Shown here in pieces: positions 1 through 9,113 of a stretch of 64,000 nucleotides of DNA. The stretch is taken from NCBI GenBank assembly GCA_963699155.1, contig OY969414.1:1029327-1093326 (forward strand). The letters are read 5' to 3'. The position numbers were made by a program, and so were the translations under genes. The notes under the pieces were generated by a model. That model did no database searches and was not told where the DNA came from. It was given only the letters and a program-made list of their open reading frames with translations. Source of the DNA: an uncultured Chlamydiales bacterium. Its GTDB lineage: Bacteria > Chlamydiota > Chlamydiia > Chlamydiales > JAAKFR01. Position 1 is the first letter of the stretch. The number at the start of each line of letters is the position of its first letter.

Positions 1-648
1 GGAGAGGCTCTCGTAAAAGGGCTTCGACGATGCGCCCATGGCTCTGTTGTTAATTTGAGCACCATTGGAGCTCAATTTCCAAGCGGTGGTCCCCTCACAG
101 GGTTGCATCGACAAGAAGAGCGGCTCAATCAACTGAACCAGCTCCATATTCTCCATCTGAGGCCAGGCTATTTCATGGAAAATCTCTTCCGCATGATCCC
201 TAGCATCCTTCAGACGGGTAAATTCCATAGCCCAATTAAACCCCACATAGCCCTGCCAATGGTAGCAACACCCGATATTGCGATGCGCGCAGCAGAAATA
301 TTGGATCAGTGCGATTTCAAGGGAGATACCATTTATGAATTGGTCGGTCCGCGTCCAGTCACGTTGCAAGAAGCCGCTCCCATCTTGGGACAAGCGATCG
401 GCAAACCTAATCTCTCCTACGAGCTTCAATCGATAGAGGAGGCGCGCAAAGAAATGATAGAATGGGGCATTCCTCCTAAAGTGGCTGCAGACCTCCTCGA
501 GATGTACGAGGCAATCAATAAGGGTTACTTTCTTCCGACGCAAAAATTGACCCCCAATCAGCATGGGACAATAACTCTCGAAGAGTTTGCAAAAATCTTC
601 GCAAAGGAATATAAATCTGAGGCAGAAAAGATGAGAATTCCTATTTAG
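1..648 (+). CDS. NmrA-like NAD(P)-binding oxidoreductase, 5' end cut by the window edge
   Basis: Frame 1 is open from nt 1 (GEALVKGLRRCAHGSVVNLSTIGAQ...) into the listed 55..648 ORF. The LHLRPGYFMENL segment and C-terminal layout resemble the NmrA/isoflavone-reductase-like family (from memory). Confidence 0.55.
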   Translation, partial: GEALVKGLRRCAHGSVVNLSTIGAQFPSGGPLTGLHRQEERLNQLNQLHILHLRPGYFMENLFRMIPSILQTGKFHSPIKPHIALPMVATPDIAMRAAEILDQCDFKGDTIYELVGPRPVTLQEAAPILGQAIGKPNLSYELQSIEEARKEMIEWGIPPKVAADLLEMYEAINKGYFLPTQKLTPNQHGTITLEEFAKIFAKEYKSEAEKMRIPI

Positions 649-657
649 AGGGGTTTT

Positions 658-1263
658 ATGGCAAAACTCTATTATCGTTATGGGACTGTCGGCAGTGCAA
701 AAACACTGAATCTTCTTGCAGTGGCTCACAATTACCGGCAACAGAATAAAAGAGTTTTGTTGATTAAACCGGCTCTCGATGTGCGTTTTGGGAAAAATAA
801 CATCAAATCGCGGGCCGGCCTTGAAAAGGAGGCCGACATTCTGGTCGATGAGAAGACCAATCTCCTCCAGTGTCACTTTGTCGAAATCGATTGCATCCTG
901 GTCGATGAAGCGCAGTTTCTGCCAGCTTCGATTGTCGATCAGTTCCGCACCATCACCCACAAGCTCGACATTCCGGTGATCTGTTATGGCTTGCGCACCG
1001 ACTTTCGCACGAAACTCTTCGAGGGGTCAAAGCGTCTCCTCGAGCTTGCCGATTCGATCGAAGAGATCAAAGCAACCTGCCATTTTTGCAATAAGAAAGC
1101 GATCATGAATCTGAAGCATGTCAATGGCAAAGCCAATATCTCGGGACCTAGCATCCAACTAGGTGCTGAGGAGAGCTACTACCCTTCCTGCTTCCACTGC
1201 TACACTCTGCATCTCGAAGAGGCGGGAGAAATTCCTGTTGAAGAAAGCCTGGCGCTGGTCTGA
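658..1263 (+). CDS. tdk: thymidine kinase
   Basis: 201 aa. N-terminal P-loop-like YGTVGSAKT, VDEAQF, and C-terminal Cys pairs (CHFCNKKA ... CFHC) are typical of type II thymidine kinases. Confidence 0.9.
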   Translation: MAKLYYRYGTVGSAKTLNLLAVAHNYRQQNKRVLLIKPALDVRFGKNNIKSRAGLEKEADILVDEKTNLLQCHFVEIDCILVDEAQFLPASIVDQFRTITHKLDIPVICYGLRTDFRTKLFEGSKRLLELADSIEEIKATCHFCNKKAIMNLKHVNGKANISGPSIQLGAEESYYPSCFHCYTLHLEEAGEIPVEESLALV

Positions 1264-1329
1264 AGAAAGCCTGGCGCTGGTTTGAAGAGAGCCTGACTTT
1301 GGTCTGATGAAAGCCTTGCGCTGGTTTAG
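1241..1329. repeat. four tandem copies of a 22-23 bp unit spanning the tdk stop codon
   Basis: Read directly: AAGAAAGCCTGGCGCTGGTCTG / AAGAAAGCCTGGCGCTGGTTTG / AAGAGAGCCTGACTTTGGTCTG / ATGAAAGCCTTGCGCTGGTTTAG. The first unit encodes the last tdk codons plus TGA. Confidence 0.9.
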
Positions 1330-1335
1330 CTGCTC

Positions 1336-1734
1336 CTATGTGCCTAGATAGAAAGGGCCGCTAGAGGGCGGTATGCTCTGCCTCTCTTGGCGAGGGATAA
1401 ATCCAAAATAATTAGGGTCAAGGTTGAGCGATTCTTTCTTGGGACAGAAGTAACGCCCTGAAAGTATGCCTATAATCAGAAGAGGAACTCCTGAAGCAGC
1501 ACCTGCGATGATGTACCACTTGTATTGGTCCAATAGAGGGAGACCATGCTGGGCAATCCAGCCGCTACTGGTAAAATTACCCGTCAAATAGAGGGCGATA
1601 ATACCACCTATTACAATGGCGAAAACGGCTACGACCGCGCCCATTATTTTTTTGCGTCGATCACACCAGTTGTGTTTGGGTTCTATCAAAAGAGTTTCAG
1701 AAACAGTGTCTACTCGCTGACTGGTGGAAGCCAT
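1336..1734 (-). CDS. small membrane protein with two closely spaced hydrophobic segments (Inc-like topology)
   Basis: 132 aa. The hydrophobic stretches IMGAVVAVFAIVIGGIIALYL and WYIIAGAASGVPLLIIGILSG are separated by about 20 residues. No family recognised. Confidence 0.5.
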   Translation of the reverse strand: MASTSQRVDTVSETLLIEPKHNWCDRRKKIMGAVVAVFAIVIGGIIALYLTGNFTSSGWIAQHGLPLLDQYKWYIIAGAASGVPLLIIGILSGRYFCPKKESLNLDPNYFGFIPRQERQSIPPSSGPFYLGT

Positions 1735-1996
1735 ATTTTTCTCACTTTTTTTGCTTTATCTCCCTTAATTATAAAAATTTCATATTAAAACTTGATAAAT
1801 TTTTCTACTATTTTTGCAAAACGCTCATGTTAAGATAGTTAAAAAAGCATTAAGAGAAGAATGTGAGAGATAAACTGTTGTTTTTCAACAAGTTAAAATT
1901 TCTTTGCGCATTTGGGTTAAAAAGGGCGATAATCATATTAGGAGATTTTTGAAAACGAAGGCTTTATGACGTAAGTCACGATCCAAGGAGGGGGAT

Positions 1997-4144
1997 ATGA
2001 AAGAGAAAGGTGGACTAAACATCCTAGATGCTCTGGAAAACCTCAACACGCTTGTTGATGCCGATTCCTTAGATGAAATCGAGCTGAGTGAGGATGCCCT
2101 ACTGATTCCGCGTAAGGGGGCTGAAGGAGAGGAAAGAGGGGAGCTCTTCTGGATGAAGGCGGGTCCCAACGAGGAGACATTGGCTGTCATCCGAGAGACT
2201 TTCCGCTCTGTGCATGCCTATTTACAGACCTTCTATGCCAAGATGAAAAAGGGTGGCGATACAAAGCGATTAGTCGAAGGGATCAATACGGTAATGGTGC
2301 TTGTTGGTGAAGCTGCCAAAAAGCTGGAAACCATGGGAACCCTCTTTAAGCAGCGGATCGCCGAATTTGAAGAGTATAAGCAGCTCCAGAATTTCTATCG
2401 CAATCGTGTCATTAAAGAGTCTTTCCGGGAATTTGCTAAGATCCCGATTCCCCATGTGAAGGGGGAAGTATTGCCTGAGCAAAAAGAGGCCGAGGAGGAG
2501 CTACAGGCCCTCTTAGGTGAGGAAGAGGTCCAAGAGATAGCGGGTGTGCATCTCTTGAATGATCTCGAGGTGATCAAAAGAGATCATCTCTACGAGCTCT
2601 TCTACCTCACAAATGAAGCGGGCCACCACTTCTACACCTATGAGCTTGCGCGCAATATCAAACTGGCCTGTGATTTCGGAGAGTATACTGAAGAATATTT
2701 TGGAGAAGATCCTCTTCTTCAGATCAAGAATTGGGAAGATAAGATTCTCCACCTCAAAGCCGAAACTCTCTTAAAACGTTCTCGTCGTCTGATTGAAAAA
2801 TTCTATGAGGAAGCGCTCCATTATAAAGAGATGGATCTGGTGGTTACGGTCCACAATGCGCTCATGGCCCTCATGTTAGCCTCCAATCCTCGCAATTTGA
2901 TCCGCCAATTCTCTCTCAAAGGCTGCCACCTATACTTTAATGACTTTCTTCTCTTTTTGCGCTCCACTCTTCTCAATAGAGAATATCAGAAATTTGTTCT
3001 TTATAGCCCGCCTGTCGGTCAACCCTTCTTTCAAACCCTCCTCGAGCTGGTCAATAGCTTATGTGCCCATCTCTATACGCTTCCCGCTTTTGAGGAGGAG
3101 ATAGGGGCCGCATTCAAGCAGATTGTTGCTAGAGTCCAACATCATCCTAGTAAATTAGTTTCTGAAGAGTTGGCTGAAGCGAGCAGCGCGTTGAGAGAGG
3201 CTTTGAAAAAGCATCCCAACGGTCCTGTTTTTAAAGCAGTCGATATTGTACGAGAAGAGGAGTCGCATATTTTTGATGCCCTGCACCAAGGAAATATTCC
3301 CTCAACAGAAGTGTCGCTTGAACGGGGTGGTGAAGAGATCACGATTTTAAGAATGGCCTGTCCCACCATTCAAGAGATGATTAACCATGCAAATGTTGTG
3401 GAAGAATTTAAAACACTCCTTCTCGAATTAGATGCGAAGAAAAAACTTTTGATGATCAACTTTCAAGATCGCACCTCGTGGAGAGAGCATGCCCGCTCAC
3501 TTGCTCTTGAAGATTTGGCTAGACAAGCCGAATTTGCTGAATCACTGAGTGTAGTGACCCTCGCCAAAGAGACCGATTTTTATAATCAAACAGCCATCTA
3601 TCAGGAGCTGGATGATGTGGCCACATTTATCCACTATTTTTATGATCATCTCGGAGATGAAGCCACAGGTTATTATTTCCCACCCTTCATCAAAAAAGTG
3701 CTCTTTCCTGGCTGGATCAAAGAGATGCTGTCACTTGTCCATGAAAACATTTTTGAGGGGAAAAAGCAACTTTCGTTCCTAGAGCGGCTCGATTTCATAG
3801 AACTGGCCTATCATTTCATCAGCTGGAAACTGATCGAAATCACCCAACCTAACTATCTCTGTTTTTGCTCAAAGGATGGGCTCGACATCAGTGCGACATC
3901 GAGTGTCGGCTTTACAGCCCTCTTGGGAATCGTCCATCATAAGCGGTGGAAGCAGACCGATTTCGACCGTTTGAATACCCTTCTTTTTGGACCCACATTG
4001 ATGATCCGTGAGAGATCAGTGCATCCGGAAAGATTGGAGCGTTTAATCTCGATGATCGCCCTTCTAGAATCCCGAAAGAGCCATCTCAAGAACTTTGCTC
4101 CACTCTTCGAAAAGGAAGTTTGGGAGTTGGCGATCAAACTTTAA
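1997..4144 (+). CDS. hypothetical protein (715 aa, predicted helical), no family recognised
   Basis: Long uninterrupted ORF with GGAGGGGG Shine-Dalgarno just upstream of the ATG. Only short spurious ORFs lie antisense to it. Confidence 0.6.
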   Translation: MKEKGGLNILDALENLNTLVDADSLDEIELSEDALLIPRKGAEGEERGELFWMKAGPNEETLAVIRETFRSVHAYLQTFYAKMKKGGDTKRLVEGINTVMVLVGEAAKKLETMGTLFKQRIAEFEEYKQLQNFYRNRVIKESFREFAKIPIPHVKGEVLPEQKEAEEELQALLGEEEVQEIAGVHLLNDLEVIKRDHLYELFYLTNEAGHHFYTYELARNIKLACDFGEYTEEYFGEDPLLQIKNWEDKILHLKAETLLKRSRRLIEKFYEEALHYKEMDLVVTVHNALMALMLASNPRNLIRQFSLKGCHLYFNDFLLFLRSTLLNREYQKFVLYSPPVGQPFFQTLLELVNSLCAHLYTLPAFEEEIGAAFKQIVARVQHHPSKLVSEELAEASSALREALKKHPNGPVFKAVDIVREEESHIFDALHQGNIPSTEVSLERGGEEITILRMACPTIQEMINHANVVEEFKTLLLELDAKKKLLMINFQDRTSWREHARSLALEDLARQAEFAESLSVVTLAKETDFYNQTAIYQELDDVATFIHYFYDHLGDEATGYYFPPFIKKVLFPGWIKEMLSLVHENIFEGKKQLSFLERLDFIELAYHFISWKLIEITQPNYLCFCSKDGLDISATSSVGFTALLGIVHHKRWKQTDFDRLNTLLFGPTLMIRERSVHPERLERLISMIALLESRKSHLKNFAPLFEKEVWELAIKL

Positions 4145-4165
4145 ATGAAGCTATTCACAATTCTC

Positions 4166-4225
4166 CGTGTGCTCTGTGCTCTCTGTGGTAAAATAAAAAA
4201 AACACCACAGAGCTCACAGAGGTGG
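4166..4225. repeat. REP-like palindromic element (copy 1) between convergent genes
   Basis: Arms CTCTGTGCTCTCTGTGGT / ACCACAGAGCTCACAGAG flank an A-rich loop. Its reverse complement nearly matches the element at 44383-44456. Confidence 0.8.
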
Positions 4226-4235
4226 GCTCTGAAAG

Positions 4236-5765
4236 TTACATTTTAAACTTATAGATCGCCTGATACTTATCGGTCAGGTAATTGAGATAGGGTTTTTCGG
4301 AAAGAGTTTCGCGGTCGATCCGCTTCAAGAGCTCTTTTGCAGAGAAGATCTTTCCGTGCTGGTGAATATGGGTGCGTAACCATTCACGCAAGAAGAGAAG
4401 CTCACCTGCTTCCACTCTTTTTTCCCAATCGGGAAAATCTTTCTCAAAAGCCTTAAAGAAATGGGAGGCGTAAAGATTGCCGAGTGTGTAAGTGGGGAAA
4501 TAGCCAAAAGCACCCATCGACCAATGAATATCTTGTAGACAGCCCTCACGATCGGTGGAGGGGGTGATTCCCAGATAGGTTTGCATCAAGCTATTCCATG
4601 CTTCAGGCAGCTCCGATACATGTAGAGTCCCTTCGATGAGCTGCTTTTCCAGTTCAAAACGGATAATGACATGGAGAGAGTAGGTGACCTCATCGGCCTC
4701 TACCCGGATAAAGGTAGGGGAGACGCGATTGATGGCACGGTAGAATGGATCGAGTGTGACCGGTTCCAACTGCTTAAACTGCGCCTTGAGTGAGGGGAGG
4801 AAGTATTTCCAGAAGGGTTTACTTTGGCCAATGCGTGTCTCCCATAACCGAGACTGACTTTCATGAATTCCTAAAGAGACGGCCTCACATAGGGGGGAGC
4901 CATAATATTCAGGCAGAAGGCCCATTTCATAGAGGCTATGTCCTCCTTCATGGAGCACAGCGGAGATCGAATCGAAGAGAGAGGTGCGGTGGATCCGCGT
5001 GGTGACACGGCTGTCAGAAGGGTGGATTGACATGGAGAAGGGATGGTTAGAGAGATCGAGTCGCCCCTTTTCTTGGTCATATCCCATTGCGGCGAGAATC
5101 TCCCTACCAAAGGCGAGCTGCTTTTCAGCCGGAAATTTTCCATGCAGAAAGGAATCATCCACCTGTTTGCTCGCCACAATCTGTCCAAGCAAGGTTTTGA
5201 GAGATTTTTTCAGCTTGGAAAAGAGCGCATCGATTTCTGCAGTTTTTGCTCCTGGCTCAAAACAATCTAAAAGGGCATCGTAAGGGTGTTCTTTAAAACC
5301 GAGGTAATCGACCTTTTGGCGACAGAGATCGATGATCCGCTCAAGATAGGGTGCAAAGTCTGCAAAACGATCGACTTTCTTTGCTTCTGCCCATGCCACA
5401 ATCGCTTCAGAGCTTTGACGGGCAAACTGTTTGACAAAAGTGTTAGGAAGGGCAATTGCTTTTAGGAAATCTCTCCTCCATTCCCGGAGGGCCGCTTTCT
5501 GCTCCATGGTCAAATCTTTAGCTAAAACGGTACCTGTTTCGAGATCGATCAGCTTCGACAACGCTTTCTGGAAGGTCTTTCCTATCCTTTCTTTGTGGGC
5601 CAGACTGGCCATCATCTCTAATTGATCGGCACGCACCACATTGCCTTGTTTGGGCATGTAGGTTTCTTGATCCCACTCCAGAAGATGTGAAATGCTATCG
5701 AGTAGTCGGATCTTTTTCGAGAGAGAAAAGAGAAGTTGGTAATCTTTCTGTGACTGTTGGCTCAT
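4236..5765 (-). CDS. M32 metallocarboxypeptidase (carboxypeptidase Taq family)
   Basis: HEGGHSLYE zinc motif, IRVEADE, DIHW and GYFPTYTLG motifs. The listed ORF runs to 5921, but homologue-like N-terminus MSQQSQKDYQLL...EWDQETYMPKQG favours a start at 5765 (or 5777). Confidence 0.85.
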   Translation of the reverse strand: MSQQSQKDYQLLFSLSKKIRLLDSISHLLEWDQETYMPKQGNVVRADQLEMMASLAHKERIGKTFQKALSKLIDLETGTVLAKDLTMEQKAALREWRRDFLKAIALPNTFVKQFARQSSEAIVAWAEAKKVDRFADFAPYLERIIDLCRQKVDYLGFKEHPYDALLDCFEPGAKTAEIDALFSKLKKSLKTLLGQIVASKQVDDSFLHGKFPAEKQLAFGREILAAMGYDQEKGRLDLSNHPFSMSIHPSDSRVTTRIHRTSLFDSISAVLHEGGHSLYEMGLLPEYYGSPLCEAVSLGIHESQSRLWETRIGQSKPFWKYFLPSLKAQFKQLEPVTLDPFYRAINRVSPTFIRVEADEVTYSLHVIIRFELEKQLIEGTLHVSELPEAWNSLMQTYLGITPSTDREGCLQDIHWSMGAFGYFPTYTLGNLYASHFFKAFEKDFPDWEKRVEAGELLFLREWLRTHIHQHGKIFSAKELLKRIDRETLSEKPYLNYLTDKYQAIYKFKM

Positions 5766-6879
5766 TGTTAGACTCATTGCGTTTAACGGGTGAATTGAAA
5801 TTCCATTGGCGATGGACACGCTCGGGAATATTGACGAGGATCTCCCGCACATCGGTCTCTCCCCACTGCGCGACGATTTCAGGGGAAAGTGCATCTCCAA
5901 AGAGGGTAATCTCATCTCCAATTTCAGCTTCAGGGATATCGCTGAGGTCGATCATCATAAAATCCATGCAGACGGTCCCAATCATCGGTGCGCGCTTACC
6001 TTTCACGAGCAGATAGCCTTTATTGGAAAGGCTTCGATGAATCCCATCATGGTAACCGACAGGCACTACTCCGATGCGGCCCTCTTCTTTTTCGAAGGTA
6101 TAGGTACAGTTGTAACCAACTGTTGCGCCTTTTTGACAGCGGCTGATCGAGGCCAGTTTTGTGGTGAGCTTCAGAGTGGGTCTGGAACCATTGAGACAGA
6201 TGCCATAGCCAAAAACGCCGAGGCCAATGCGTACCAAATTACAAAAAGGCAGCGGAAAACGGACCGCACCGCCTGAATTGGCAGCGTGGATCCAGCGAGG
6301 GAGAATGGGAAGTGTGTCGATGAAGCTTTTGAATTGCTGAATTTGGGTGCGCGTAATTGGGTCGAAGGATGCTGTTTCAGCTGCGACAAAATGGGTCAAC
6401 ACCCCTTCTAGATAGAGATGGGGGCTATTTTGGATCGCTTCATAAAGTGAGAATGCCTCTTGCATAGAGGCGCCGAAGCGGTTCATCCCTGTGTTGAGGT
6501 GAAGATGGAGAGGGATCTGCCGGCGATACTTTTTTCCTGCATCGGCTAAAGCAACGATCTCATCTAAGTTGCTGACAGCGGGTGTTAGCTCATAGCGGGC
6601 TGCAAGATCGGCCTCAAAAGGTGGTGTCGAAATGACAAAGATGGGAAGTTGGATACCGCTTTCTCGTAGCCCAATCCCCTCCCAAACATGGGAAACGCCC
6701 AAGTAGGGAATTCCTTTGGTGACCGTTTTTTGGATAAATTTGGAGAGAATTTGGCTGTCTGTTCCATATCCATTCGCTTTGACCATGACCATCAGATGGC
6801 CAAAAGTAGATGTTAATAGATCGAGATTATGAGCGATCGCATCGAGGTCGACCGTTAAAAGGGCACTAGAGCTTGGCAT
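5695..6879 (-). CDS. alr: alanine racemase
   Basis: PLP-lysine motif VVKANGYGTD and overall Alr layout. It carries a C-terminal tail of about 35-40 aa beyond the usual end, overlapping the next gene's start. Confidence 0.9.
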   Translation of the reverse strand: MPSSSALLTVDLDAIAHNLDLLTSTFGHLMVMVKANGYGTDSQILSKFIQKTVTKGIPYLGVSHVWEGIGLRESGIQLPIFVISTPPFEADLAARYELTPAVSNLDEIVALADAGKKYRRQIPLHLHLNTGMNRFGASMQEAFSLYEAIQNSPHLYLEGVLTHFVAAETASFDPITRTQIQQFKSFIDTLPILPRWIHAANSGGAVRFPLPFCNLVRIGLGVFGYGICLNGSRPTLKLTTKLASISRCQKGATVGYNCTYTFEKEEGRIGVVPVGYHDGIHRSLSNKGYLLVKGKRAPMIGTVCMDFMMIDLSDIPEAEIGDEITLFGDALSPEIVAQWGETDVREILVNIPERVHRQWNFNSPVKRNESNNEPTVTERLPTSLFSLEKDPTTR

Positions 6880-7945
6880 ACTTATATCCTAATACCAGAA
6901 GAAGAGCTGTTTGCGGAAGAATAATTGCAAGGAGAGGGGGTAAAACTTGGCTCTCTCCCAGGATGACAGAGGAATTCATCAGAGTAAAATAGGCGATCAT
7001 GCCGAAAATACTGAGAGCATAGATCAGATAGACTGAGAGGGTGCGGCTGAATCGGAGACAGAAAGGGGCAGGAGCGATCACTGCCAATAAACAGATGAGC
7101 GGTACTGTTAATTTAAAAAAGAGAAATGAGGCCGCTTCCGCTTCACGGTCTGTCATTTTGGCAAGGCCGATCTTTTTCCAACCTAGACTATGGAAGAGCT
7201 GGGTGATCGACTGCATCCGCGGAGGATGGACCGCATTGAAGAGAGACTCCATATTAAAGCGCATGTGGGGGAAAAGAGAGCTCTCATAGGAGGTCGTTTT
7301 GATCAGCTCGCCCTCTGAGGAGCGTTTCAGGGTGTCGACAGTGGTACCGTAAGGGACCTTTTCATAAGGATAGAGGGTTTCGATTTTCAAAATATGGTCG
7401 CAGCTTTTTAACCAATAGGCATCGTGCAAGATTTTTTGAGCTGCATCATAGGTCTGAAAGAGAAGAATCGAATTGTCTTCTAAAACGAGCGCATTTACCG
7501 GTTTACTTTCCATGCTCTTCGTTTGAGTTTTGAAAAACTGACTCTCAAAAAAATCAATTTGATTGAGGCAAAAAGGTTGCAAACATTGAAAATTCAGGTA
7601 AAGAAAAATAGCGCAGACAGCAGCGGCCCCGAGGAATGGCCTCAGGAGATTTTTCAGAGGGATGCCGCCCGTGGCAAGAGCGACAATCTCGAGGCGTAAA
7701 TTTGCCGTTGTCAAAACCTTGATAGTCGCCAATAAAATGGCGATCGGAATCAAAATATCGGCACGTTTAGTGAATTGACAGCCATAATAGGCGAGTAGGT
7801 GGAGGAGCGAAATCTGATGATTTTGGAAATCTTTCGTATGGATCGAGTAATCGATCAAGACATAGACGAAATAAAAACAGCTAATGAAGAGGCAAAAGAC
7901 CTTCAAAAACTCTTTAAGGAAATAACGTTGCCAGATCCGGTTCAT
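6866..7945 (-). CDS. LptF/LptG-family LPS export permease
   Basis: YjgP/YjgQ-like topology, N-terminus MNRIWQRYFLKEFLKVF. Start chosen at the internal Met giving an ATGA overlap with the upstream paralogue; the listed extension to 8095 overlaps that gene. Confidence 0.75.
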   Translation of the reverse strand: MNRIWQRYFLKEFLKVFCLFISCFYFVYVLIDYSIHTKDFQNHQISLLHLLAYYGCQFTKRADILIPIAILLATIKVLTTANLRLEIVALATGGIPLKNLLRPFLGAAAVCAIFLYLNFQCLQPFCLNQIDFFESQFFKTQTKSMESKPVNALVLEDNSILLFQTYDAAQKILHDAYWLKSCDHILKIETLYPYEKVPYGTTVDTLKRSSEGELIKTTSYESSLFPHMRFNMESLFNAVHPPRMQSITQLFHSLGWKKIGLAKMTDREAEAASFLFFKLTVPLICLLAVIAPAPFCLRFSRTLSVYLIYALSIFGMIAYFTLMNSSVILGESQVLPPLLAIILPQTALLLVLGYKYAKL

Positions 7946-9063
7946 TCGATACCTCGATTCACTCGCCTGAGCGTGGCTAGAGAGGCTATCATGATGAGAG
8001 CGTGGGGAGCTAAAAAGAGGGTCGATGAGAGTAGTGGAAGATGGTCGAGATCTTTGCCGATGCAGAAGGAGATCAAGCCGAGTGCTCCCAAACACAAAAC
8101 GGTCCAGATACCTCTTTTCGACCTCTGACGGCTGATCTCCATTCCAGAGGCGACTCCCATGAAGGTGAAGGTGAAGGCGGCGATGCCCACCGAGAGGCGC
8201 CGTGCCACTTCAGACTGGCATTTTTTAAATACCTTCTCCATTTTTGGCTCTTGGACCATCTGCCCTTTTGCATCGGCCATTCTCGCTCTGAGTAAGCTAA
8301 ATTTGAGATGATCGTTGGAGATCTTCCATCCCGTTTTGCGCAACAGTGCCGCAAATTGGGGAGCCGATGAGGACATCCACTCCTGATGCTCGAGAATGAT
8401 ATTGTCCCGCTTCCGATCCGAAGGAGAGCTCGAAATCAAGCTGACTTGTCGTGCAATCAGTTCACCCTCTACCATTTCAACCTTTTTAGCGATACAGAGG
8501 CTCAACCGTTTGGCTGAAAGACTTTGGAGGGCAATGATCAGATCTCCGGCTGCCTCTCCATTGCGAATGGGGTCCATCTGGATAAAGGCATTTTGCAGAC
8601 GAGCAATTTTGGCACTCTGAAGCAATAACAATGGATTGACGGAGGTCAGATCGTAGACCATTTTCCGCGTCGCCAAATGAGAGGCAGTGGCCATCTCAGA
8701 GCTGACATAGAAGGTTCCCAACGCCAAGAGAGCGCTGGCGATCAAGATGGGCGACATCAGTTTTCGCAGCGAAATCCCGCCAGCCCTGAAGGCCGTCAGC
8801 TCCCCTCCATGCGAGAGGCGCTGGAAAAGAATCAGGGCCGAAATCAGACAAGAGATCGGGATCGCGATCGGCAAGATGTAAGGAACCTGATAGAGCGTAA
8901 ACAGCGCAATATGCGCTAGCGGCGCCCCAATCGTCGCAAAGTAGGCAATCTCCTCCAGTCGAATCACCAACAGTATCGCAATGAACGAGACAACCGCCAA
9001 CCCCAACACCTTCAAATAATTTCTTAGCAAATACCACCAAAAGATCGGCATAGCTGAAAGCAT
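7942..9063 (-). CDS. LptF/LptG-family LPS export permease
   Basis: 373 aa. N-terminus IFWWYLLRNYLKVLGLAVVSF, multiple TM segments, paired with the adjacent paralogue as in lptFG. Confidence 0.75.
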   Translation of the reverse strand: MLSAMPIFWWYLLRNYLKVLGLAVVSFIAILLVIRLEEIAYFATIGAPLAHIALFTLYQVPYILPIAIPISCLISALILFQRLSHGGELTAFRAGGISLRKLMSPILIASALLALGTFYVSSEMATASHLATRKMVYDLTSVNPLLLLQSAKIARLQNAFIQMDPIRNGEAAGDLIIALQSLSAKRLSLCIAKKVEMVEGELIARQVSLISSSPSDRKRDNIILEHQEWMSSSAPQFAALLRKTGWKISNDHLKFSLLRARMADAKGQMVQEPKMEKVFKKCQSEVARRLSVGIAAFTFTFMGVASGMEISRQRSKRGIWTVLCLGALGLISFCIGKDLDHLPLLSSTLFLAPHALIMIASLATLRRVNRGIE

Positions 9064-9113
9064 AAAGGATAAAAGATAAAGGATGAAGGGCTATTTTAAT
9101 CCATCCTCACTCC

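Noticed and set aside
1966-1980. The palindrome TGACGTAAGTCA upstream of the 1997 gene, considered as a possible operator.
   Set aside because: It is a single short palindrome overlapping the ribosome-binding region. I saw no second copy or cognate regulator, so there is insufficient support.
5695-5777. A 70-83 nt same-strand overlap between the alr C-terminal tail and the M32 carboxypeptidase start, considered as a possible frameshift or fusion.
   Set aside because: Both proteins are complete without it. The alr tail (NFNSPVKRNESNNEPTVTERLPTSLFSLEKDPTTR) looks like simple read-through after loss of the ancestral stop. There is no evidence of a functional overlap, so it is only noted.
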